32,124 nt of DNA, from positions 1-32,124 of IMG/VR virus record IMGVR_UViG_3300038317_000117; one strand, written 5' to 3'. Origin of the DNA: a virus. Its lineage: Duplodnaviria; Caudoviricetes. The notes beneath the pieces are model-generated. The model saw only the letters and a list, made by a program, of their open reading frames with translations. It searched no databases and was not told where the DNA came from. Made by a program: the position numbers and the translations under genes. Below are positions 8,159 through 16,780 of the stretch, one piece after another (the stretch's first letter is position 1; each line of letters begins with the position of its first letter).

Positions 8159-9290
8159 AAATTGCCTTTTTACCTTGCTTATAGGCTTCCCTATATTTCC
8201 CGTACTGCTTCTGATCTGCGTAACGGTTCTTTTGCATCTTCTCGGCCAGAATTGCCTGGGGATTGGACTTTACATGCTTTTCATGCCACTCTTTGTAAGT
8301 CATTTTCCCATCAACATAATAAATCTTACCGTCCGCGCCCCGCGCGGCTCTGGTAGTGTAATTATCATCAAAGTACGGAGCGGTTACCGTCCGACACCGG
8401 GGATGGAAAGGCGGCGCGGTCACTCCGGGTTGGTAGTCCTTCATGTCCAACACCTTACCATCCAACTCCCGGCATATGTCCGAAGTCTTAAAATCCAGGG
8501 TAGCCACAATCTCATACTTTTCTATATCCAATTCCTGATAAGCCCGTTTCTGTCCTTCAGAGGCGAAATAGGCGGATTCGGTCATAACCAGCCGACCGGC
8601 CTGGCGCTTGGATACGTTCAGGCGTTCGCTGATAGTCTTTATAGTCCTGTCTGGAACATCCCCTCGGATAAGGGCCTGAGTTAAGTTACCCTGCAGCTCG
8701 TTAATCAACTTCTCCTTATTCTCCCAGATACGATTAGAGAAATTCTTGCCGTCCAATGCCCAGGGTTTTGATGCCACCATGTTGACCAGATCAGGCTTTA
8801 ATATTCCAAATTCAGAACCTTGCCCCAGGCCTTTCTGCACTTCATAAATAGCCTGATAATAGCTCTGCGTAAATAGCTCGGCATTCAGACCCCCCATGCT
8901 CTTATTCTGGCTGGCAGCCAGCATCTCCAGGTTGTGCCGAATCTGCAGCAACATAGCTTCATAGCGGCTGATATGCACCCGGGCGGAGGCGTTCTCCAGC
9001 TGCTTCAGCCAGCGGCCGTCAACAGCGTTTGCTTCACCCTTTGCAATATACTCGGAAACAGTCCAGCGGAATTCTTCCAGTTCTCCAGCTTTCAGCATCC
9101 TTTTTGCCTCAGCCAGGGAAACCTCGTTATTTACCGCTATCCGGTGTAGCCATATTTCAATATCCTTCTCGATAGCAGCTGCAGCCCCACGGTATTCTTT
9201 TTCCAGGTCCTTTATGGCCGCTTCGCTTCTCTGAAACAAGGCATCGTTGAGCTGAGTAAAACGCTGCTCCCAGTATTCGCTATTCTTCAT
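8157..9290 (-). CDS. Minor capsid / head morphogenesis protein (SPP1 gp7, MuF)
   Basis: MKNSEYWEQR; ATLDFKTSDICRELDG; APPFHPRCR; RAARGADGK..Y..MTYKEW. Confidence 0.9.
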   Translation of the reverse strand: MKNSEYWEQRFTQLNDALFQRSEAAIKDLEKEYRGAAAAIEKDIEIWLHRIAVNNEVSLAEAKRMLKAGELEEFRWTVSEYIAKGEANAVDGRWLKQLENASARVHISRYEAMLLQIRHNLEMLAASQNKSMGGLNAELFTQSYYQAIYEVQKGLGQGSEFGILKPDLVNMVASKPWALDGKNFSNRIWENKEKLINELQGNLTQALIRGDVPDRTIKTISERLNVSKRQAGRLVMTESAYFASEGQKRAYQELDIEKYEIVATLDFKTSDICRELDGKVLDMKDYQPGVTAPPFHPRCRTVTAPYFDDNYTTRAARGADGKIYYVDGKMTYKEWHEKHVKSNPQAILAEKMQKNRYADQKQYGKYREAYKQGKKAI

Positions 9291-10743
9291 TGCCACCAGC
9301 CCCCGTATTAAAGGCCTCGCTGTAATCATCTACCCGCGCCTGTTTCTCGGTCTCCTCTTTCTTGATTCGCTTCAATTCAGCAGCGGTATCTGTTGTCCAG
9401 GGGTGGTTGGCCACGATAGTTTCCTGGCTGATCACGCCCTCAGACTTCTGACAGTTGCCGATAGCTTCATTCTCGTTAATCAGAATATCCCGGTTAAAGA
9501 TCACTTCGACTGTTTCACCGGTAAAATCGCCCTGGCCGGTATTGGCCAGGTGCATATTAACGAACCACAGCAATTCCTCAAAAGCAGCCTGATATTCGTT
9601 TTCCATACCGTTAGCATCCAGATCCAGATCGGAATACATGGACTGAATGTTCATCTGGTTGGGGCTATTCCCCATCTTGTCGCTCTTCGCGTCCAGGCCT
9701 CGACCATTTTCAATCAGGGCTTGTTTAAGGATCTCCAGAATGACTTTATAATTCTCAGAATTAACTTCTACCTGCAGGGTTTTCAGGTCGCCGGGCGCAC
9801 CCTCTACGGTCTTAACCTTGACCGCTCCATACTGAGCCAGGTTATAGCGGAATTCCCCCAGATTCGTCCCATCGTAATTGACCAGAACCAGGATGGTGTT
9901 GCGGGCGTCCTCCTGCATATTGTTCATGAAATCTGATTTAATCGTATTAATCGCGTCCTGTAGCGACTTTACCCGCTTTAAAAGGGATATCTCTTTGGCG
10001 TTGTATTTGAAGGCCACAAAAGGAATCCTGGTCCAGTTTAAGCCTTGTTTTACCCCTTCTTTTTCAAAGCTGAAATGACTGTCGCTGGATTCGGGTATCA
10101 GCTTCTCATTCACCAGTTGATAGCGCCTTACTCCTTCGGTATTGTAAAATTCGACTTTCTCAATGATTTTCTTTTCCCGGCCCTCATAAGCCTCTATCCC
10201 GTAAACCCGGCATACCGCATCCAGCTCAGTGTGGTCGGCATCCGCCCAAAAGGGGAGAACCTCTTCCGGTTCTATTCGTTTAAAGGCCAGGCCCCCCTGC
10301 TCGTTGTAATAGACCTGCAGCCAGGCTACCCCGCCATTTAAGCTGTCTTCCCCGATTCTTTTTAAAACTCTTAAAAAGCGGTTGTTGAACGCCAGCCCTA
10401 TCTTTTTGCCGTAAGCTTTATCTTCTGTCTGAAAACTCGGCTTTTTCGCCAGCAGGTAATTGACCTTCTGGTCTACCAATTTACCATATTGATTATCCAG
10501 CAGCCGGTTATTAGGCAGATTGAAAACCGGGGTTCTTTTTCCGTCTTTGCCTATGACCGTACGCTGCCGGGCTAATATATCATGCTCCCCGGCATAATAC
10601 TTCTTGGCGGCCAAAGTCATCCGGCGCTGAGGGGAGTGCCTCCATTCGGCGATCTCCTTCTCCAAAAATTCCTCCAGGGTCATGCCGGCGTGATAAGCTA
10701 AATTGGCTTTGACTATATCCATCGGTGTAATAATCGTTCTCAC
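9280..10743 (-). CDS. Portal protein, SPP1 gp6-like
   Basis: YYAGEHDIL, LVDQKVNYLL, IPFVAFKYN, MYSDLDLDA, ISQETIVANHPW. Confidence 0.93.
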   Translation of the reverse strand: MRTIITPMDIVKANLAYHAGMTLEEFLEKEIAEWRHSPQRRMTLAAKKYYAGEHDILARQRTVIGKDGKRTPVFNLPNNRLLDNQYGKLVDQKVNYLLAKKPSFQTEDKAYGKKIGLAFNNRFLRVLKRIGEDSLNGGVAWLQVYYNEQGGLAFKRIEPEEVLPFWADADHTELDAVCRVYGIEAYEGREKKIIEKVEFYNTEGVRRYQLVNEKLIPESSDSHFSFEKEGVKQGLNWTRIPFVAFKYNAKEISLLKRVKSLQDAINTIKSDFMNNMQEDARNTILVLVNYDGTNLGEFRYNLAQYGAVKVKTVEGAPGDLKTLQVEVNSENYKVILEILKQALIENGRGLDAKSDKMGNSPNQMNIQSMYSDLDLDANGMENEYQAAFEELLWFVNMHLANTGQGDFTGETVEVIFNRDILINENEAIGNCQKSEGVISQETIVANHPWTTDTAAELKRIKKEETEKQARVDDYSEAFNTGAGGNEE

Positions 10744-10768
10744 CCCTTTCCGGACAAAATAAAGGCCC

Positions 10769-12172
10769 TCAGTCGAAGCTGAAGGCGGAGCCCTGACCTA
10801 CTTTTTCGGCTATGCCGGTGGTACAGTCGGGAGCGTCGTCATATTTGTTTTTGCCCTCCCGCTGGTAGGTGGACATGGCGCTGTAGTATTCCGGCCAGCG
10901 GTCTTTCCAGTTCACCGGGAAGTAAATATGGTCCATCACCCAAGTAGCATTGGAAAGGATCCTTGCCGGCTTGTTTTTGCTTTGATGGAACCACTGAATC
11001 CTGGTTTTGTTAGTCTTGTACTTCTGCTTGAGAACCCGCTCTACTGCCCGGGCAAAGCCCCGGCCGCCGTTGTTGCTTTCGATATCGGCCGTATTGACAT
11101 TATCCTCATGCAGCATCTTGGCAGTACCTGGCTCTGTTTCCTCCATCGGCGCCTTGGTGTACAACACATTCAAAACATAGGCTTCTCCGTTATACTCCCC
11201 GTAATCAATTGAGCATAAATAGTTGTCACCCTCGTCAGCCGTATCGGTGTAATTCTTAATGGCCGAAAACAGTGGATTGCCCTTATCATCCCGGGGGATG
11301 TCGGTATAAGTCTTAAAGCTGCTGTACAGTCGCCCCTTGATATCTATGGGCTCCTGCTGGTAGTTGGCTGAAGCAATGTCCAGGCCCATGGCCCGGGCTT
11401 TCATTTCATACGACTCCCGGGACAGGATTTCCGGACACAACATGGAGCCGTCATCCTGGACCGCTTTCATGGTCACGTGCCGGCATTTCTTCTTTTCCTC
11501 TCGGAAATGTTCCAGAGCTCTGCCGGCCAGGTCCAGCGTATGCCATCTGGTCATGATGATTATGATTTTGCCGCCCTCTTCCAGGCGAGATAACATGGTA
11601 TTAGTGAACCACTCCCAGTGCTTCTCCAGGGTGTTTTCGTTGTACGCTTCCTCTGCATTTTTAATTAGGTCATCTATGATCATCAGGCTGCAGCCAAAAC
11701 CGGTGGCGGTACCGGTGGGCGAAGTAGCCAAATAGCTGTTATACCCACCTTCCAAACTCCACAGGTTCATAGCCCCGTCACCTTTTTTGATGCGGGTACC
11801 GGGGAATACGTCTGCATATACTATCCTGGCCTGGTCCGCCTTAAGTTCCTGTATGCTGTTCCGGACGTCTTTGGAAAAGACGGTGGACAAGGTCTCGTTA
11901 TATGAGCCGGTCATAACCTTGGCCTGGTTATCTCGGCCAAATACCCACTGGGTGAAATTCCCCGCGGTACGGGACTTGCCATGGCGGGGCGGCAGGTTAA
12001 TGATGAGTACATCGTCATCGGACTGATAAAAGTCCTGCAGCTCCCAGCATAATTCAATCAAGTATTGCCGCTCTTCTTTGTAGAAGTCAGGCGCTTTTAG
12101 ATAGCAGAAATAAAAAAAATCCCGCCGGGCCAACTCCAGACGGGCTCCCTGGCGTATCTTCTCGTCAATCAT
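10769..12172 (-). CDS. terL: Terminase large subunit
   Basis: Walker A LPPRHGKS, Walker B IIDD, IMTRW, nuclease YTDTAD and DDAPD. Confidence 0.95.
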   Translation of the reverse strand: MIDEKIRQGARLELARRDFFYFCYLKAPDFYKEERQYLIELCWELQDFYQSDDDVLIINLPPRHGKSRTAGNFTQWVFGRDNQAKVMTGSYNETLSTVFSKDVRNSIQELKADQARIVYADVFPGTRIKKGDGAMNLWSLEGGYNSYLATSPTGTATGFGCSLMIIDDLIKNAEEAYNENTLEKHWEWFTNTMLSRLEEGGKIIIIMTRWHTLDLAGRALEHFREEKKKCRHVTMKAVQDDGSMLCPEILSRESYEMKARAMGLDIASANYQQEPIDIKGRLYSSFKTYTDIPRDDKGNPLFSAIKNYTDTADEGDNYLCSIDYGEYNGEAYVLNVLYTKAPMEETEPGTAKMLHEDNVNTADIESNNGGRGFARAVERVLKQKYKTNKTRIQWFHQSKNKPARILSNATWVMDHIYFPVNWKDRWPEYYSAMSTYQREGKNKYDDAPDCTTGIAEKVGQGSAFSFD

Positions 12173-12578
12173 CCCGGATCAGCTTCTTTAACTCCTCAGT
12201 AGTCAGACCCGCAAAGGGATTACTAGTAACCTGGCCGGAAAGCTCCAGTTTGTCAGTATAGACACCGGCCATTTCCAGTAAAACTTTTCCGTGCTGGAAG
12301 CTGCCGCGCTGGGCCTCGCGAATAAATGCATTTATCACAGGGGCTACATGTTGCCTGATTAAATCCATCGACCGCCACTGATATAGCGCCACGAATTCAG
12401 ATTTTGCAAAGGCTCTGTAATAGGTTACCCGGTCAATCTTGGCAACCTTGCACACATCTGTAACACTTTTCATTCGATTTTCTGGATTTAGCAAGGTATC
12501 AAGCAAAGCCTGTTCTGCTTTAGTCGGATTGTATGTATTTCCTGGATTTGTTGCATTTTGTTTATTCTGCACCATCAT
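12165..12578 (-). CDS. terS: Terminase small subunit (N-terminal HTH)
   Basis: HTH VTDVCKVAKIDRVTYYR; C-terminal NPFAGLTTEELKKL; overlaps the terL start. Confidence 0.8.
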   Translation of the reverse strand: MMVQNKQNATNPGNTYNPTKAEQALLDTLLNPENRMKSVTDVCKVAKIDRVTYYRAFAKSEFVALYQWRSMDLIRQHVAPVINAFIREAQRGSFQHGKVLLEMAGVYTDKLELSGQVTSNPFAGLTTEELKKLIRDD

Positions 12579-13138
12579 TCACCCCCCAGTATATCCGGCA
12601 GCTCCTTTCCGTAAGAATTCCATTCGAGGCCAAATTCCGTAATAATATCTCTGAAATCTTCAATGTCATGCGGCTTAACCTTGAGGCCCTTCACCCCAAT
12701 GCCGACGTGCTTCAGCTCGTGCCTTATTAAAACTTTCAGCTGGTTTTCATTCAGGAATCCGGTATTCCTTTCATAGAACGTAATTATAAAATCATACGGC
12801 AGGTAAGCTCTATAGACTTCCTGCACCTTGCGACAATCTGCATATGTTATTTTCTCGCCTTGTTTCCGTTCCTGGCTGACCACATAGCCAATTCTGATAT
12901 TAAATTCCCGGATAAAGTTGAATTCCGGAAAATGTTTAATTATTTTTTCTGCCAGCCGCCTCAAGTCTTTACTGACTTCTGCGTCTCGAACACCAAGTTG
13001 TTTTCTAAGATTACGAATTCGAGCCGTCTTATCCTTGGTGTTCTGTTCTCCCCAAATATCATAAAGCTCATTTAAGGCGGCGCAAGTGACCCCGGTAGAT
13101 GCACAAGTGTCCTTAATAAAACATTTCTCGCATAGCAA
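12575..13138 (-). CDS. Putative phage metallopeptidase with an N-terminal Cys cluster
   Basis: HELKH (HExxH), YDFII, PHDIEDF; CxxC..C..C N-terminus. Confidence 0.75.
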   Translation of the reverse strand: MLCEKCFIKDTCASTGVTCAALNELYDIWGEQNTKDKTARIRNLRKQLGVRDAEVSKDLRRLAEKIIKHFPEFNFIREFNIRIGYVVSQERKQGEKITYADCRKVQEVYRAYLPYDFIITFYERNTGFLNENQLKVLIRHELKHVGIGVKGLKVKPHDIEDFRDIITEFGLEWNSYGKELPDILGGE

Positions 13139-13171
13139 TACCCTTGAGTCACCTCCCTAAAAGTCCGCATG

Positions 13172-13197
13172 AAAAAAGCCCCGCTCCCGCGAGGCTT
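13172..13197 (-). terminator. Terminator/attenuator just after the late promoter
   Basis: - strand AAGCCTCGC-GGGA-GCGGGGCTT then T-run. Confidence 0.6.
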
Positions 13198-13222
13198 CAT
13201 TGACAATTTTTCTATTGTAAAA

Positions 13223-13282
13223 ATTATATCAGAGTTAATGTGCACGTGTAAAGTGCATCTTTTGTGCACCCCAAATGTGCAT
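13223..13282 (-). promoter_or_regulatory. Late promoter: extended -10 plus four activator-type direct repeats
   Basis: TGATATAAT (13231-13223); GTGCA at 13240, 13253, 13264, 13277, immediately after the activator gene. Confidence 0.6.
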
Positions 13283-13821
13283 TACAATGCTTCCACTCCG
13301 AATAATCTAACGGCTATCCTATGCACTAATCTACCGCGGTTTCTACGCACTGTGGAAGAGTCGCAATGCAGTTTATTAGCAATAATATCATCCTGCAAAT
13401 TCTCAAAATATCGACCGGAAATAGTTAAGTAATATGGGTCACTTGTCAAGGGAGTAAGCGCATCATCGATTAACTTTATTTCTCGTTCAGCAGCTGCAAT
13501 TTTTGCTTGATAGTCCAGTATAATGGCGTCCTTGATCTCTTCATCGCTTAACCTGACTCCCGACTTTTTAAACCGTACAATGTCTGTACTCTGCCTATCT
13601 AATCCCAATGCATGTATATTTTTAAGGTATTCCCGGTCGGTTTTAATTTTATCTTTCAGATCCGGATAAGCATAAAGCCGGCGTTCGGTTGCTTTATAGA
13701 TGTCCTTCGGCCTTTGTACAGCCTGACGGTACCCAGCCTGAATGGCTTCCGCTACCGCTTCACTGACAGCTCTTTTAATTATTTTATTTATATTCGGATT
13801 TCTCTGTATTGCTTCTTTCAA
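13282..13821 (-). CDS. Late transcriptional activator, RinA/ArpU-like
   Basis: YKATERRLYAYP; C-terminal sigma4-like HTH IANKLHCDSSTVRRNRGRLV; precedes the packaging genes. Confidence 0.75.
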   Translation of the reverse strand: MKEAIQRNPNINKIIKRAVSEAVAEAIQAGYRQAVQRPKDIYKATERRLYAYPDLKDKIKTDREYLKNIHALGLDRQSTDIVRFKKSGVRLSDEEIKDAIILDYQAKIAAAEREIKLIDDALTPLTSDPYYLTISGRYFENLQDDIIANKLHCDSSTVRRNRGRLVHRIAVRLFGVEAL

Positions 13822-14200
13822 AATCTACGCCTCCTTCCGGTATAACTACGCTCCGCAACGCTATTCTATGCATTCGATGTATATGCGCATGGCTGTAATT
13901 AAATATCGCTCCGATGCACTTAAAAGTTTTACCGTCGATATATCTGTACTGCAACAAGAGTCGTTCTCTATCATCGGCCACAGCCTCAATACACGACCGA
14001 ATATCAACTATTCGGTCAATGCAGTTATTAATTTCATCTACAAGCTTATCAAACTCTTCATAAATGGAGTTATCCGGTACTGCTTCTATGTGTTTCTGCA
14101 ATTTAGAAATCATATTCAGTTTATTATTAGCTTCTCGGTCCAAAAGAACATATCGTTTCAGGTATTTTATTTTATCCTGGTTGGTTATGGCTGTTATCAA
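13784..14200 (-). CDS. Second ArpU/DUF1492-like regulator
   Basis: KYLKRY...ERLLLQYRYIDGKTF..I...NYSHAHIHRMHRIAL; TTG at 14200 behind GGAGG. Confidence 0.72.
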   Translation of the reverse strand: MITAITNQDKIKYLKRYVLLDREANNKLNMISKLQKHIEAVPDNSIYEEFDKLVDEINNCIDRIVDIRSCIEAVADDRERLLLQYRYIDGKTFKCIGAIFNYSHAHIHRMHRIALRSVVIPEGGVDFERSNTEKSEYK

Positions 14201-14233
14201 GGTTACCGCCTCCTCTACCAATTTGCAGAATTA

Positions 14234-14377
14234 TCAGTCCACATATGGTTTTTCATCCATGCCTTGATACAAGCAACAATTTTCACATTCCTCTTTGCTT
14301 TTCCCAACACAAAGGGGGTATGGGGTATTACTAGGGATATAGCATTCTGGTTTTTGATATTTATCATTATTTTCCAT
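14234..14377 (-). CDS. Small Cys-rich protein (47 aa, not in ORF track)
   Basis: MENNDKYQKPECYIPSNTPYPLCVGKSKEECENCCLYQGMDEKPYVD*; AGGAG RBS. Confidence 0.55.
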   Translation of the reverse strand: MENNDKYQKPECYIPSNTPYPLCVGKSKEECENCCLYQGMDEKPYVD

Positions 14378-14855
14378 TTTTTAATATCTCCTCTCTAAAA
14401 TCCCTCATGTCCTCAAGTATTTTCTCTGTCGGTCGTATCCGGAGGATCACGGCCAACAAGCGGTCATGCTCATCGGTAACCAGCAGCAGAGTCCCCTTAA
14501 CCAGGTATTCTACATCGGCATTTTTAAACGGCTCAAGATAGGCCTGATTAACCCACATGTGCCCCTCCTCATACCGGAAAAGCCGTATTGTAGCCGATGA
14601 GCTCTTTAAAATATCAGTCGCCATGATACTGGTCATCTCGGCCTGAACTGCCTCGACAAGCGTATCCTCGTTTATAATGGCACTCATGTCCTGCTCCTGC
14701 CAATCTCCAGGAATCGCTACCAGTTTCCCGGTGTTGTATATAGCCGCGCCATTTGAAATCCAGAACCCCTCTTCAGTCCCCCACCATAGCGGCCCCGGGG
14801 TGCTGTTCTTTTTCGCCCAGCTCTCAACAACAGATATACACTTTTTTACGTTCAT
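14367..14855 (-). CDS. Hypothetical protein
   Basis: 162 aa, coupled to the helicase stop (ATGA overlap). Confidence 0.75.
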   Translation of the reverse strand: MNVKKCISVVESWAKKNSTPGPLWWGTEEGFWISNGAAIYNTGKLVAIPGDWQEQDMSAIINEDTLVEAVQAEMTSIMATDILKSSSATIRLFRYEEGHMWVNQAYLEPFKNADVEYLVKGTLLLVTDEHDRLLAVILRIRPTEKILEDMRDFREEILKNGK

Positions 14856-16222
14856 GCTGCGCTCCTCACTTTCTCGATTCTCACTTTCAGACTCTGCATC
14901 AGCCGTTCTTGCGTATCTCCTTTGCTCTGCAAAGCCTCTAAAATATCCTCATCCCGCCCATTCTCCACCAAAAGACGGTGGATAATAACTTTCTGCCCTT
15001 GCCCTTGCCGGTGTAGCCGGCCATTGGCCTGCAAGTATAATTCCAGATTCCAATTTAACCCGAACCAGATCACATGGTTTCCGCCATCCTGGAGGTTTAG
15101 CCCATATGCACTGCTGGCCGGATGCGTTAATAAAACATCAACTTGCCCCGCATTCCAAGCATCCTCATCTGCTACGGTTTTCAGCTCGCGCACCTTTAAT
15201 CCAGTACCGGCCAAAGCTTTTTTAAGTCTGGATACATCATGCTGGAAACTGTAGAACACCAGTGCAGGCTTGCCACCCAAACTCTCAAGCAACTCCATAA
15301 ACGCCTCGATTTTGCAACTGTGAATCTCATGCACTCCGCGGTTCTCGTCGTATATGGCGCCGTTGCAAAGTTGTTGCAGTTTGTTCGATACTGCCGCGGC
15401 TCCGGGTGCGGTGATGATGGTTTCCGGCTCTACCTCTAAAAGCATTTTCCGTTCCATTTCCCGATAGGCCTTTAAAGCTTTCGGGTCCAGAACCACCGGG
15501 ACGTCATGATAAATCATATCCGGCAACTCAAGATAATCCTCGGCTTTTAGAACTATAACCAGGTCGCTGATCAATTCCCTGATAGCTTCCTCCGCGCCGG
15601 GTTTCAGCGCATAGCTTATACCATCATACCCGCGTTCAAAATATCTGTTTCGGTAACCGGTAAAGGTTTTTCCGAGCCTCTTACCCCCGTCAAGCAAATA
15701 TATTTGCGCCCATAAGTCCAATAGCCCTTTAGGGGATGGCGTCCCGGTAAGCTCAATAATCCGTCTTTCCCAAGGTTTAATCCAGGTCAGAGCCTTAAAC
15801 CGCTTGGCTGAGTGATTTTTAAAACTGGTCGCTTCGTCCAGAACGAGCGTATCGAACGGCCAGGCATTACGATAATAATCGACTATCCAATGCACGTTAT
15901 CCCGGTTGGTCACATACAGATCGCCGGGTGTGTTAAGCGCTCTAATCCGCTGTTTCTCGGAGCCCAGCACCTTGATAACTCTTAGGTTTTTAAGGTGCTT
16001 CCATTTCCGCTGTTCCTTACCCCAAGTCGATTGGGCCACCTTCTTTGGCGCGATAACCAACGTTTTTCCCATCAGGAAACGGTTGTATTTCAAATCATTT
16101 AGAATGGTTTCCGTGATGGATGTTTTCCCTAACCCCGGATCAAGCCATAAAGCTAAGGCACTGTCCGTTATACCCCGTTCTATGCAGTATCGCTGGTAAG
16201 TATGCGGCTCGTACTTTTCCAC
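14852..16222 (-). CDS. SNF2-family helicase
   Basis: LDPGLGKT, LDEA, ELTGTP, GLNLQ, QANGRLHRQGQ. Confidence 0.93.
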   Translation of the reverse strand: MEKYEPHTYQRYCIERGITDSALALWLDPGLGKTSITETILNDLKYNRFLMGKTLVIAPKKVAQSTWGKEQRKWKHLKNLRVIKVLGSEKQRIRALNTPGDLYVTNRDNVHWIVDYYRNAWPFDTLVLDEATSFKNHSAKRFKALTWIKPWERRIIELTGTPSPKGLLDLWAQIYLLDGGKRLGKTFTGYRNRYFERGYDGISYALKPGAEEAIRELISDLVIVLKAEDYLELPDMIYHDVPVVLDPKALKAYREMERKMLLEVEPETIITAPGAAAVSNKLQQLCNGAIYDENRGVHEIHSCKIEAFMELLESLGGKPALVFYSFQHDVSRLKKALAGTGLKVRELKTVADEDAWNAGQVDVLLTHPASSAYGLNLQDGGNHVIWFGLNWNLELYLQANGRLHRQGQGQKVIIHRLLVENGRDEDILEALQSKGDTQERLMQSLKVRIEKVRSAA

Positions 16223-16500
16223 TATCCCTTCACCTCGGCAATAAGGCTGTCTACGCCCTGTTTACTGTCAATCACCATAACCCAAAACCCTAAAGCGGCA
16301 ATCCTCTGCTGCTGTACCTTCTGCAAATCCGTGGACTTCCGGCCAAACGCTTTCAACTCGACAAATACCGCCCTTGCCCCCGGCAGTAAAACCAGCCGGT
16401 CAGGCACCCCCGCATTGCCTGGGGACGTGAACTTATACGCTATCCCGCCCTGAGCTTTGACTTGGTTGCGGAGATATTGCTCAATGTCTTTTTCTCTCAC
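16222..16500 (-). CDS. VRR-NUC domain nuclease
   Basis: MREKDIE..L, FTSPGNAGVPDR, FVELK, LQ..Q. Confidence 0.92.
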   Translation of the reverse strand: MREKDIEQYLRNQVKAQGGIAYKFTSPGNAGVPDRLVLLPGARAVFVELKAFGRKSTDLQKVQQQRIAALGFWVMVIDSKQGVDSLIAEVKG

Positions 16501-16527
16501 GGCTTTACCCTCCTGCTCAAAAATTTT

Positions 16528-16780
16528 TGATACTTTCTCGCGCGCGCGTAGTGTATTTTTTATTTAGGCACGTTAGGCGTTACGCGTGCGCCTATTTTCT
16601 TTGTTTTTAATACTTCTATTGAGAGAATGTATCAAATGTATCAATAGCTTATAACCCCTTTACTATTGCGGCTTTGCAGCTGATACATCCAACGTATTGA
16701 ATGTATTGAATGTATTGGCTTTAGTTACATCATCTGATACATTCTCGGAGAATGTATCAGGAGTTTGTATCAAATGTATC
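16528..16780. repeat. Candidate replication origin: clustered TGTATCA/TGATACA-type repeats and a 27-bp palindrome
   Basis: About 10 copies in both orientations; CTGATACATTCTC-G-GAGAATGTATCAG (16734-16760); adjacent AT-rich and (CG)n tracts. Confidence 0.6.
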
